DNA of 64,000 nucleotides from Arenicellales bacterium (GTDB lineage Bacteria; Pseudomonadota; Gammaproteobacteria; Arenicellales; JAJDZL01): NCBI GenBank assembly GCA_958295885.1, contig OY282380.1, positions 4,137,109 to 4,201,108 of the forward strand, read 5' to 3'. Shown piece by piece: positions 56,538 to 64,000 of this stretch (position 1 is its first letter; each line of letters starts with the position of its first letter). The notes under the pieces were generated by a model. It saw only the letters and a program-made list of their open reading frames with translations, ran no database searches and was not told where the DNA came from. The position numbers and the translations under genes were made by a program.

Positions 56538-57554
56538 TTACATATCCTGTGCCTGTGTGAAGTAGCGAAGCGTTGTTCCAACACCGAGTTCAGCAGCTTT
56601 TTTCACCGCAAGCATCCCGAGCATGATGTCGCTGACTGCAAAGCCTTTGTGCCAGAATAGATTCCGTTCCGTCGGAGACTCCCTTCCAGGCTTCAATCCC
56701 GCAGCAATCTCACCAATTTCCCCATAAACATGCTCATCTTGCAGTTCCCCTTTCTGCACAAGATCTGCAAATTGTCCATAAGGCGAAATCTTGCATTGAT
56801 TCCAGTCATCCACTACAAATTTGTCAACGGTAAATGGCAGACTTGGTTCTACTGACAGCACTGCACCATAGGCTTGCAGGTGAGCGCCCGGTTTCACATC
56901 AGAATCTGCAACCAGGACCTGATGGTCCAGCAGTCGAGACGCGTCAATGATGATGTCGGCATCCCGAACCGTATCTTTGGTCGATTCCATGACTCGAATC
57001 TCCCGGTCGAGCTCTGCCGATAAAGCTGCAGCAAACCGTTCTCTCGATTCTGGTCTCTTGCTGGTCACTCGAATTTCCTCAAAATCAAACAGGAGATCCA
57101 GCATACGAACGTTGTACCACGATGTTCCGCGAGCGCCAATGTGACCGAGCACGCGTGGCTTATCACAGGCGAGATACTTGGCTCCCAATGCGGTTACTGC
57201 ACCTGTTCGCATCCAAGTGATCAATGTCGCATCAACGATTGCAATGGGCCTGCCAGTTTTGGGGTCGTAAAGATTGAGCATTGCAAACTCAGATGGAAAT
57301 CCGTACTGATAGTTGTCGTGAAAATCACCAATGATTTTTACGCCAGCCGCATCCACGGGTTCAACGTATCCTTTCAGGATATTGAACAGTTTGTTTGGAA
57401 AATCCAGCACGAGGTGACTTTTTGACGGCATGATGACTTTCTTCTGACCATGTGCGATCAGTCCCTGATCGATCGTCTGAATGATTTCAGACAAGCTCAA
57501 GTTGAGTGAATCCATATCGTTTTTTGATAAAAATAAAAGATCAATATCTGACAT
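56538..57554 (-). CDS. Ornithine cyclodeaminase / mu-crystallin family enzyme
   Basis: ITWMRTGAVTALGAKYLA...VLGHIGARGTSWYNVRML indicates a Rossmann fold. The start was trimmed to the ATG at 57554, which follows GGGAGA; 57560 is possible. Confidence 0.8.
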   Translation of the reverse strand: MSDIDLLFLSKNDMDSLNLSLSEIIQTIDQGLIAHGQKKVIMPSKSHLVLDFPNKLFNILKGYVEPVDAAGVKIIGDFHDNYQYGFPSEFAMLNLYDPKTGRPIAIVDATLITWMRTGAVTALGAKYLACDKPRVLGHIGARGTSWYNVRMLDLLFDFEEIRVTSKRPESRERFAAALSAELDREIRVMESTKDTVRDADIIIDASRLLDHQVLVADSDVKPGAHLQAYGAVLSVEPSLPFTVDKFVVDDWNQCKISPYGQFADLVQKGELQDEHVYGEIGEIAAGLKPGRESPTERNLFWHKGFAVSDIMLGMLAVKKAAELGVGTTLRYFTQAQDM

Positions 57555-57953
57555 GATCATCGTCTCCCGTTCATTTTCGATCGATTGATTAATTTCCCGT
57601 ACTTTCCACCTTTGATGGCTGAATTTCTGCTGTCGCTCAACAGGAGCCAATCCACAAGTTCAGAGCCCAAAATTGATGTCTCTGTATGGAGAGACCTGGC
57701 TGTAGAATATGTTTCGAATTCTAGAACCGCACCTTCATATCCTGCCATCTGCAGACGTGCGTACTATATCGCACACACCCGCTGTTCATGGGATCATTCG
57801 TTGAAAAGTGCGTTCAGCCAATTGAATTCCGTTCACGCTTTTCCTAGACTGAAAATTTAATCAAATATAATTTTCAGCTGTTTGAGTTTGGAAACTCAAA
57901 TTTTTAAAATTCAATCACTTCATTTTCCAACCGCTATCAATCAGGTGCCTCTG

Positions 57954-59297
57954 ATGTCCCAGATCTTCCATAAACTGACAAGCTCGCTACCACCCGTTGC
58001 CGCTTATGCTAAAGGGGTTTACGTATACGACGACCAGAACCGTGAATATATTGACGCTTGCGGTGGCGCGGCAGTCTCTTGCTTAGGCTACAATCATCCC
58101 GCCATTATCAAGTCGATTCAGAAACAGGCGGAACAGCTTGCTTATGTTCACTCCAGTTTTTTCACATCATACCCTGCTGAGACGCTGGCTGAAAAGCTGG
58201 TGTCAATCGCACCTGAAGGATTAAATCGCGTGGTATTGATGTCAGGTGGCTCAGAAGGAATGGAAACCTCCTTCAAACTCGCCCGTCAATACTTCTACGA
58301 ACGCGGTGAACATGAAAGACGATTCTTCATTTCACGTAAACAGAGTTATCACGGCGCTACGTTCGGCGCCTTATCCGTCGGGCAGCACTTTCGCAGACGA
58401 CGTCCCTTCCTGCCTCTTTTGTCGGCGAGCAATGCTGTTTCTGCCTGCAATCCTTACCGCTATCAGAAACCTGATGAAACTGAGCAAGAATATGGATTAC
58501 GCGTCGCAAATGAACTGGAAGACAAGCTTAAGGAACTCGGTCCTGAAAATGTAATCGCTTTCGTTGCAGAAACCGTGGGCGGAGCCACCGCTGGCGTGCT
58601 TCCGCCTGTAAAAGGGTATTTCAAAAGAATTCGAGAAATTTGTGACGAATACGGAATCCTGCTGATTTTGGATGAAGTCATGTGCGGCTCGGGCCGCACT
58701 GGAAGTTTTTTTGCCTGCACGCAGGAAGATATCGTACCTGACATCCTAACGCTGGCAAAAGGACTCGGCGCCGGTTATCAGCCGATCGCAGCAACACTTT
58801 GCGCTGATTCGATTTTTTCTACTGTCGATGAAGGTTCTGGCGCCCTCATACACAGCTTCACATACATGGGACATACTCTAGCCAGCGCTGCCGCAGTTGC
58901 CGTGATAGAAACGGTCGAGAAAGACAACTTGCTTTCCAATGTGCAGAAAATGGGAAACTATCTCATCACACAACTTAGAAACACGCTGAGTTCACATCGG
59001 TACGTGGGCGATGTTCGAGGTAGAGGGTTATTTATCGGAGTGGAGTTTGTTGCCGATAAGGAAAGCAAAGAAGGACTTGACCCGGAACTAAAGTATCACT
59101 CAGTATTCAAGAAAACATGCTTCCAGAACGGTTTGATGGTATATCCGAGTCCTGGGACGATAGATGGAATAGTTGGAGACCATGTCCTGCTCGCACCTCA
59201 CTATACGATCGATGAATCCATTGCAGACAAGATCGTCGATCGAATTGCATCCTCGATCGACCAGAGTCTGGAAAAAGTCGGAATCAATCCCAACTAG
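57954..59297 (+). CDS. Class III (acetylornithine/omega-amino acid type) PLP-dependent aminotransferase
   Basis: GGAAVSCLGYNHPAI..., SGGSEGMETSFKLAR, LILDEVMCGSGRTG and the PLP lysine region TLAKGLGAGYQP. The ORF was trimmed to MSQIFHK. Confidence 0.88.
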   Translation: MSQIFHKLTSSLPPVAAYAKGVYVYDDQNREYIDACGGAAVSCLGYNHPAIIKSIQKQAEQLAYVHSSFFTSYPAETLAEKLVSIAPEGLNRVVLMSGGSEGMETSFKLARQYFYERGEHERRFFISRKQSYHGATFGALSVGQHFRRRRPFLPLLSASNAVSACNPYRYQKPDETEQEYGLRVANELEDKLKELGPENVIAFVAETVGGATAGVLPPVKGYFKRIREICDEYGILLILDEVMCGSGRTGSFFACTQEDIVPDILTLAKGLGAGYQPIAATLCADSIFSTVDEGSGALIHSFTYMGHTLASAAAVAVIETVEKDNLLSNVQKMGNYLITQLRNTLSSHRYVGDVRGRGLFIGVEFVADKESKEGLDPELKYHSVFKKTCFQNGLMVYPSPGTIDGIVGDHVLLAPHYTIDESIADKIVDRIASSIDQSLEKVGINPN

Positions 59298-59305
59298 TAC
59301 GCAGG

Positions 59306-60103
59306 TTAATGGGGCGCTTCCTTTCGAAAAGGCTGGCTGATCAATCGATCAATGCGATTCTCTTCAACTTTCCTGAAGATCGGCAAACCTATGGTCATTC
59401 CTAAATGTCCCTTGATCGGCTGGCTTCTGTAAGTGCCGAAAATGCGATCCCACCAAGGTAAATTAAACCCAAAATTACTGTCAGTTTCATTGCGAATCAC
59501 GGAGTGATGAACACGATGCATATCCGGTGTAACGATGAAATATCGCAGCACTCGGTCGATCTTTTTCGGAATTTGGATGTTTGCGTGATTGAACATCGAC
59601 GTCGCGTTCAGCAATATTTCAAAAACGATTACGGCAAGCATGGGTGGACCGAGAACGGCAACCACAGCAAACTTGATCAGAATTGATATCAGTATCTCAA
59701 CAGGATGAAATCGAATCCCTGTCGTTACATCAAAATCCAAGTCAGTATGATGCATTCGATGCATTCGCCAAAAGATGTCCAGCTTGTGAAACAGAACATG
59801 CTGAGCATAAATTGCAAGGTCAAGTAAAATCACGCCGATTGCCACAGCCATCCAAAACGGGGGATTCAGCCAATTGAGGATTCCTACATTCATTTCTTCC
59901 AGCTGCAGCGCGTAAGCTGCAATCGTTAACGGAATCAGAAATCGAACCAATATCGTATTGAGCAAAGAAAGCAGGATATGATTCGCCCACCTGGATACTC
60001 TTTTCAGCTTCCATTCACGTCTTGGAAAAAGAGTTTCCCACAGGGCAGCCGCAAACAGCACCGCGAAGAAGAATCCAAGTCGCCAATAGATTTCGTCGTC
60101 CAT
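59306..60103 (-). CDS. Fatty acid hydroxylase / sterol desaturase superfamily membrane protein
   Basis: Histidine boxes HVLFH, HRMHH and HRVHH, with four hydrophobic segments. Confidence 0.8.
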   Translation of the reverse strand: MDDEIYWRLGFFFAVLFAAALWETLFPRREWKLKRVSRWANHILLSLLNTILVRFLIPLTIAAYALQLEEMNVGILNWLNPPFWMAVAIGVILLDLAIYAQHVLFHKLDIFWRMHRMHHTDLDFDVTTGIRFHPVEILISILIKFAVVAVLGPPMLAVIVFEILLNATSMFNHANIQIPKKIDRVLRYFIVTPDMHRVHHSVIRNETDSNFGFNLPWWDRIFGTYRSQPIKGHLGMTIGLPIFRKVEENRIDRLISQPFRKEAPH

Positions 60104-60137
60104 CTGCTGCAGTCTCGTAGCGTTTTATTCTTTCCTG

Positions 60138-61766
60138 TTACGCATCATTCGTTACCAGATCCGCATACGCAAAGGGTGTATCAATGTCTTGGATTACACT
60201 CGCGTCATCGACTTCAACCTCAACAGCATACTGCTGATAATCTCCAATGATGTGCTTGGCGCCAACATCACCTTGTACTTCCATCATTTCCTGAAAATAT
60301 CGTTTATCCCACAGCACTGGATTTCCAAACTTCCCCTGATAAGTCGGAACGCAGATACTGCGCTCTCGTACGGGATCATACGCATTGATCAGTTTATTGA
60401 TTTGCTTGCCATCCACAAAGGGCATGTCGCCCAGACACACAAGTACGCCGCTGACGTCTTTTGGCAGTGCTGCCAATGCCGTTCGCAGTGACGTGCTTAG
60501 TCCTCGCTTATACTCTGGATTGTTAACGAACTGAACTGCTCGGCCTTGCAGTTCCTTTCTGACTTTGTCTCTTTCGTGCCCTGTAACCACAAGTATTCCG
60601 TCAATGTTGGACTGTTCCAAGTTGGCGATCACTTTCTGAATGACTGATCTCTTGCCCAGTTTTAGAAAGAGTTTGTTTTCGCTGCCCATGCGCAAGGATT
60701 GACCGGCAGCCAGCACAATCGCGTAAATTTGTCTGCGAGCCGTTGCTCGAGAATCAGTTTTTACAGGCGTTCGTCGTACAGGTCTGCGCGGGGGTTCAGT
60801 CAGAATGCCAAATGTTCCCATGCTCTGAATGTCGGCAGAAGCGACCTCTACTCCAGCAGCCAAGCGTTCGATTACAAAGTCAAAGCCGTTGCGTTTCGGG
60901 GACCGCACACAACCGGGCAGACCAAGAATTCGAGTGTTTTCATACCGAGCCAGCAACAGCAGATTGCCGGGGTCAACTGGCATGCCGAAGTGCTCCACCC
61001 TGCCACCGGCATTGACAATTCCCTTTGGAATTACATCTTCCCTATCTTGAATCGCTGATGCCCCCAGCAACAATAGAAGATCAGGTTTCTTTTTTAGACT
61101 TCTGACGACCGCCGCGGTAATGTCTTTTTCATGATGCGCACAAATTTCTTCAAATTCGATTTCTGAACCAAGAACTCTCGCTCGTTCCTGCAGCATGCTG
61201 GAACCTTTCTTCAGCAGAGTCGGATTGAACCAAGGCGTTTGAGTTTGAATTAGACCGATTGACATTGACTTATACGCTAGAACATTGACCGGCGGCATCC
61301 CAAACATTGCCATTGAAACACATTGATTGAGTGATTCTCGACTCACAGCGAACGGAATGATCTTGATCGATACGATCAGTTGTCCTGGATAAACGCTGCT
61401 GTAGGGAGGCAGCGAAGCAACCGTAAACGCTTCATCAACGGAATTGATTTTGTGGATTTGATCGGTTCTTAACTTCAGCAGTCCTTTCGTTGTCGCGTAA
61501 AGATTGCATCGTCCTGTTGCCGGCCGCCGAATTTCGACGCCGTCACCGGCAATTGCCCGCGCCAGCGCTTCTGCCGCGGCATCCTCATCGACATCTGTTT
61601 CTTCCAGTTTAGCAGCGACGATCGATTCAAATCCTTCATGAACAAGAATTTGAACGTCTTGACGATTCAGCAGTTTTCCTTTCTTCCATTTTCTGCCCAG
61701 CACTTTCAATGAATGGGCGAGCATCCATCCTTCGCCCTGCTCAGCAGGTATTCGCTCAAATTTCAT
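60138..61766 (-). CDS. Fusion protein: molybdopterin-binding (MoeA/CinA-like) domain plus MobA/MocA-like molybdenum cofactor nucleotidyltransferase
   Basis: The ORF was trimmed to MKFERIPAEQGEGW, where the ATG overlaps the upstream XdhC stop (TGATG). The C-terminal NTP_transf_3-like part reads IVLAAGQSLRMG...NKLF...GDMPFV. Confidence 0.75.
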   Translation of the reverse strand: MKFERIPAEQGEGWMLAHSLKVLGRKWKKGKLLNRQDVQILVHEGFESIVAAKLEETDVDEDAAAEALARAIAGDGVEIRRPATGRCNLYATTKGLLKLRTDQIHKINSVDEAFTVASLPPYSSVYPGQLIVSIKIIPFAVSRESLNQCVSMAMFGMPPVNVLAYKSMSIGLIQTQTPWFNPTLLKKGSSMLQERARVLGSEIEFEEICAHHEKDITAAVVRSLKKKPDLLLLLGASAIQDREDVIPKGIVNAGGRVEHFGMPVDPGNLLLLARYENTRILGLPGCVRSPKRNGFDFVIERLAAGVEVASADIQSMGTFGILTEPPRRPVRRTPVKTDSRATARRQIYAIVLAAGQSLRMGSENKLFLKLGKRSVIQKVIANLEQSNIDGILVVTGHERDKVRKELQGRAVQFVNNPEYKRGLSTSLRTALAALPKDVSGVLVCLGDMPFVDGKQINKLINAYDPVRERSICVPTYQGKFGNPVLWDKRYFQEMMEVQGDVGAKHIIGDYQQYAVEVEVDDASVIQDIDTPFAYADLVTNDA

Positions 61767-62452
61767 CAGTTTGCCTGCTGTCTGAGTTTCTGGGTGATCT
61801 GCGCCATTATCGAGACTGCAATTTCCGATGGAGATCTTGCTGAAATGTTCAAGCCGACAGGCGCACAGATTCTGCGCAGCTGGTCTTGTGCAATGCCAAC
61901 ATCCAGCAGTCGTTCGCATCTCTTTCTGTGAGTCCGTCTGCTGCCCAGCGCGCCAACGTAAAACGCATCGGAACGAATTGCGGCAACCAATGCTGGTTCG
62001 TCGAGCTTCGGGTCGTGAGTTAAAGTCACTACAGCAGTGCGATCGTCCACTCCAAGCTTTTCTAAAGCCACATCCGGCCACTCGTTGACAAGCGCTACCG
62101 AAGGAAATCGAAATGCCGAAGCAAATGCCTGGCGCGGGTCGATCAGCGTGACATCATAAGCACATTCTTGGGCCATCGAAATCAAGGGCTTGGCAATATG
62201 CACCGCACCGATGACGAGCAGTCGCAAAGGCACATTGAAAACCTGAATAAAGAACCTACCCTCATCAAGTTGAACCAATCCGCTCCGGTCATTTAAAAAT
62301 GCATCTGCAATCCGACTTTGCAATGCTTCGGATTGGAGAAGGTCACTTCGCAGAAAAATTTTCTGAGAATTTTTATCCAAATTGGTGACAAGCGCAATCG
62401 ACCGCTTGCGCTTGTTCGCCTCGATGATCTGCAGAAGCGTCGACTTTTTCAC
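61766..62452 (-). CDS. XdhC/CoxI-family molybdoenzyme maturation protein (Rossmann XdhC_C domain)
   Basis: LRLLVIGAVHIAKPL...VVTLTHDPKLDEPAL...YVGALGSRRTH...APVGLNISARSPSEIAVSI. Confidence 0.82.
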   Translation of the reverse strand: MKKSTLLQIIEANKRKRSIALVTNLDKNSQKIFLRSDLLQSEALQSRIADAFLNDRSGLVQLDEGRFFIQVFNVPLRLLVIGAVHIAKPLISMAQECAYDVTLIDPRQAFASAFRFPSVALVNEWPDVALEKLGVDDRTAVVTLTHDPKLDEPALVAAIRSDAFYVGALGSRRTHRKRCERLLDVGIAQDQLRRICAPVGLNISARSPSEIAVSIMAQITQKLRQQAN

Positions 62453-62475
62453 AGAACGTACGAACCCGTCATGAA

Positions 62476-62802
62476 TTAATCGTCAATGATCGGCTGCACA
62501 AGAACAGCGATCCTGCCTCCACACGCCAGACCCACTTCCCAAGCCTGTTCGTTGCTTACTCCGTAAGACAAGGTTTTGGGCTGTTCGCTGTCGATGACTT
62601 CCATGGCTTCTTCAATGACCGCAGTTTCGACGCAGCCTCCCGAAACCGAACCTTCAAACTGTCGGGAATCATTTACAACCAGCTGACTTCCCACAGGTCT
62701 TGGCGAAGAACCCCAAGTCGCAATGACCGTAGCGACTGCCACGCCGCGGCCCTGCTCCAGCCAACTGGCTGCCGTTTCAAGTATTGTCCGCTGTTGACTC
62801 AT
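62476..62802 (-). CDS. XdhC/CoxI-family N-terminal-domain protein
   Basis: 108 aa product reading VAVATVIATWGSSPRPVGSQLVV...GSVSGGCVE...GLACGGRIAVLV. Confidence 0.8.
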   Translation of the reverse strand: MSQQRTILETAASWLEQGRGVAVATVIATWGSSPRPVGSQLVVNDSRQFEGSVSGGCVETAVIEEAMEVIDSEQPKTLSYGVSNEQAWEVGLACGGRIAVLVQPIIDD

Positions 62803-62808
62803 ATCGAT

Positions 62809-64000
62809 TCAAGCCATTTCGTTTTTTAATGATAATCCAATATTGTCTTCCTGCATTTTTGACCTCCAAAACTCACGATTGCTCTTCGTTTCCAATCTGT
62901 ACTGATCGGTTGCGGTGCAGAGCAATTTTGCAAGATCGTTCAAGCTTTCGAGATTGTGTACCGGTAAAAATGCGTCTACGTTGCGCAATATTGTTCGAAT
63001 GCTGTTTACTTTCGGCTCAAATTTACCGTATCTCAACAATGGATTCAACCAAAGCAGCTGCCTGCAAGAACGATGCAGGAGACTGATTTGGAATTCAAGA
63101 CTGCCTGATTCCGAACGGTCCAGTCCATCTGTCACCAACAGTACGATCGACTTGTGAAGCGGCAGTCTGCGAATCCACGTACGGTTGAATTCCGCCATGC
63201 ATTCCGCAATCCGCGTTCCTCCATACCAGTCTTCAACACTTTCTGAGACCATGTTCAACGCACAGTCAACATCTCTGATCTTCAGATATCTGGAAATATT
63301 CGTCAGGCGAGTCCCGAAAACGAATGACCAGACACTTGATCTTGCCAAACCCATCACATGGGAGAAATGCAGAACCACCCTTGAATATTCGCTCATCGAA
63401 CCGGAAATGTCACACAGGATGACGACTGGCATGCTTTGACGTCTGTTTCGACTTCGAACCAGTTTTATCGAATCCGCTCCGCCTCTCATGCTGCGCATCA
63501 TCGTCTTTCTCATATTGACCTTATTGCCGAGGGAATGAATCTGCTGCCGACGGGTTTGAATCTGATCAAAGGCAACTCTTATCTTTGCCAGAATTTCCAT
63601 TGCAGACTCCATCTCCTGTTTAGACATGGATTCGAAATCTGCCTTCTGCAGTTTTTCACGGTCTGAAGAGGTCGCCGACGCCTTAAGTTCCCATTCCTGC
63701 TCATTTTCAGCTGACTGACTGTCGATCGCCTGATCGAGATACAGGGATTCAGACAGCCTTCGCGCCATTTCCTGTTTGGAATCTTCCTGTTCAGGAACTC
63801 GAACTTCAGGCAGCAGCCCGGATATCGATTTTTCAAGTATTCTGTGATTGCGCCAGAAAACCTCAAAAGCCTGGTCGAAAATATAACGCTGACGGGGATG
63901 ACTGACCAACACCGCATGCAGCGTCCAGTAAAAATCTTCACGATCTTCAAATCCAGCCAAACTGACTGCGCGAACCGCGTCTAAAATTCTCCCGGTTCCG
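62809..64000 (-). CDS. CoxE-like von Willebrand factor A domain protein; the N-terminus lies beyond the window
   Basis: The frame stays open to the window edge (GTGRILDAVRAVSLAGFEDREDFYW...). MIDAS-like motif VILCDISGSMSEYS. It sits next to the xdhC genes. Confidence 0.8.
   Translation of the reverse strand, partial: GTGRILDAVRAVSLAGFEDREDFYWTLHAVLVSHPRQRYIFDQAFEVFWRNHRILEKSISGLLPEVRVPEQEDSKQEMARRLSESLYLDQAIDSQSAENEQEWELKASATSSDREKLQKADFESMSKQEMESAMEILAKIRVAFDQIQTRRQQIHSLGNKVNMRKTMMRSMRGGADSIKLVRSRNRRQSMPVVILCDISGSMSEYSRVVLHFSHVMGLARSSVWSFVFGTRLTNISRYLKIRDVDCALNMVSESVEDWYGGTRIAECMAEFNRTWIRRLPLHKSIVLLVTDGLDRSESGSLEFQISLLHRSCRQLLWLNPLLRYGKFEPKVNSIRTILRNVDAFLPVHNLESLNDLAKLLCTATDQYRLETKSNREFWRSKMQEDNIGLSLKNEMA

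Noticed and set aside
61767-62081. N-terminal 105-codon extension of ORF 60138..62081, which would make a 647 aa protein
   Set aside because: The extension fully overlaps the well-supported XdhC_C gene in another frame and is Cys/Arg-rich nonsense. MKFERIP at 61766 overlaps the upstream stop (TGATG), as is typical of operon coupling.

Overview
This looks like a chromosomal segment of a gammaproteobacterium, judged from gene order. It is probably marine or host-associated, judged from secreted ankyrin/Sel1 proteins and heavy IS/pseudogene load. All calls come from reading the six-frame translations and the nucleotide sequence by eye; no database searches were run.

Backbone:
- An ABC permease plus binding protein lie at 1-1964.
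- An aryl-CoA ligase and FAD monooxygenase pair lies at 3054-5820.
- A TPR protein, an SSS transporter and a cytochrome c lie at 8.4-12.7 kb.
- The conserved minus-strand block purA-hisZ-yjeT-hflC-hflK-hflX-hfq-miaA-mutL-amiB-tsaE-nnr spans 15.1-28.1 kb.
- Its usual neighbours queG and orn lie at 43.6-45.3 kb.
- An ornithine-cyclodeaminase-like gene, an aminotransferase, a sterol-desaturase-like gene and a MocA/XdhC/CoxE molybdoenzyme-maturation cluster occupy 56.5-64.0 kb.

Accessory DNA:
1. A 15.5 kb insertion sits between nnr and queG. It carries a ferredoxin, a Rieske oxygenase, TRAP transporter genes and a CoA-transferase.
2. That insertion is itself split by a GC-richer island (33.3-40.9 kb). 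The island encodes a secreted hyper-acidic repeat protein and two paralogous Sel1 / peptidoglycan-binding / ankyrin proteins arranged as a 2.4 kb tandem duplication.
3. An 11 kb decayed mobile/defence island (45.4-56.1 kb) holds two IS110 relics, a group II intron relic, an ISAs1 fragment and a vapC toxin whose antitoxin is broken. It also holds a Gabija-like OLD-nuclease/UvrD-helicase operon killed by truncation, a nonsense codon, a frameshift and insertion of an apparently intact IS110 element. IS1380 and integrase relics and an intact-looking two-gene membrane module complete it.
4. Three short repeat families are present. One is a 121 bp MITE with a 13 bp terminal inverted repeat (four copies). 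R1 is a roughly 220 nt hairpin-rich repeat with compensatory substitutions. R2 is a roughly 115 nt repeat.

No rRNA, tRNA or CRISPR array was found. The most promising leads are the duplicated acidic-protein/ankyrin cassette, the repeat families and the small membrane module. None can be assigned a function from sequence alone.
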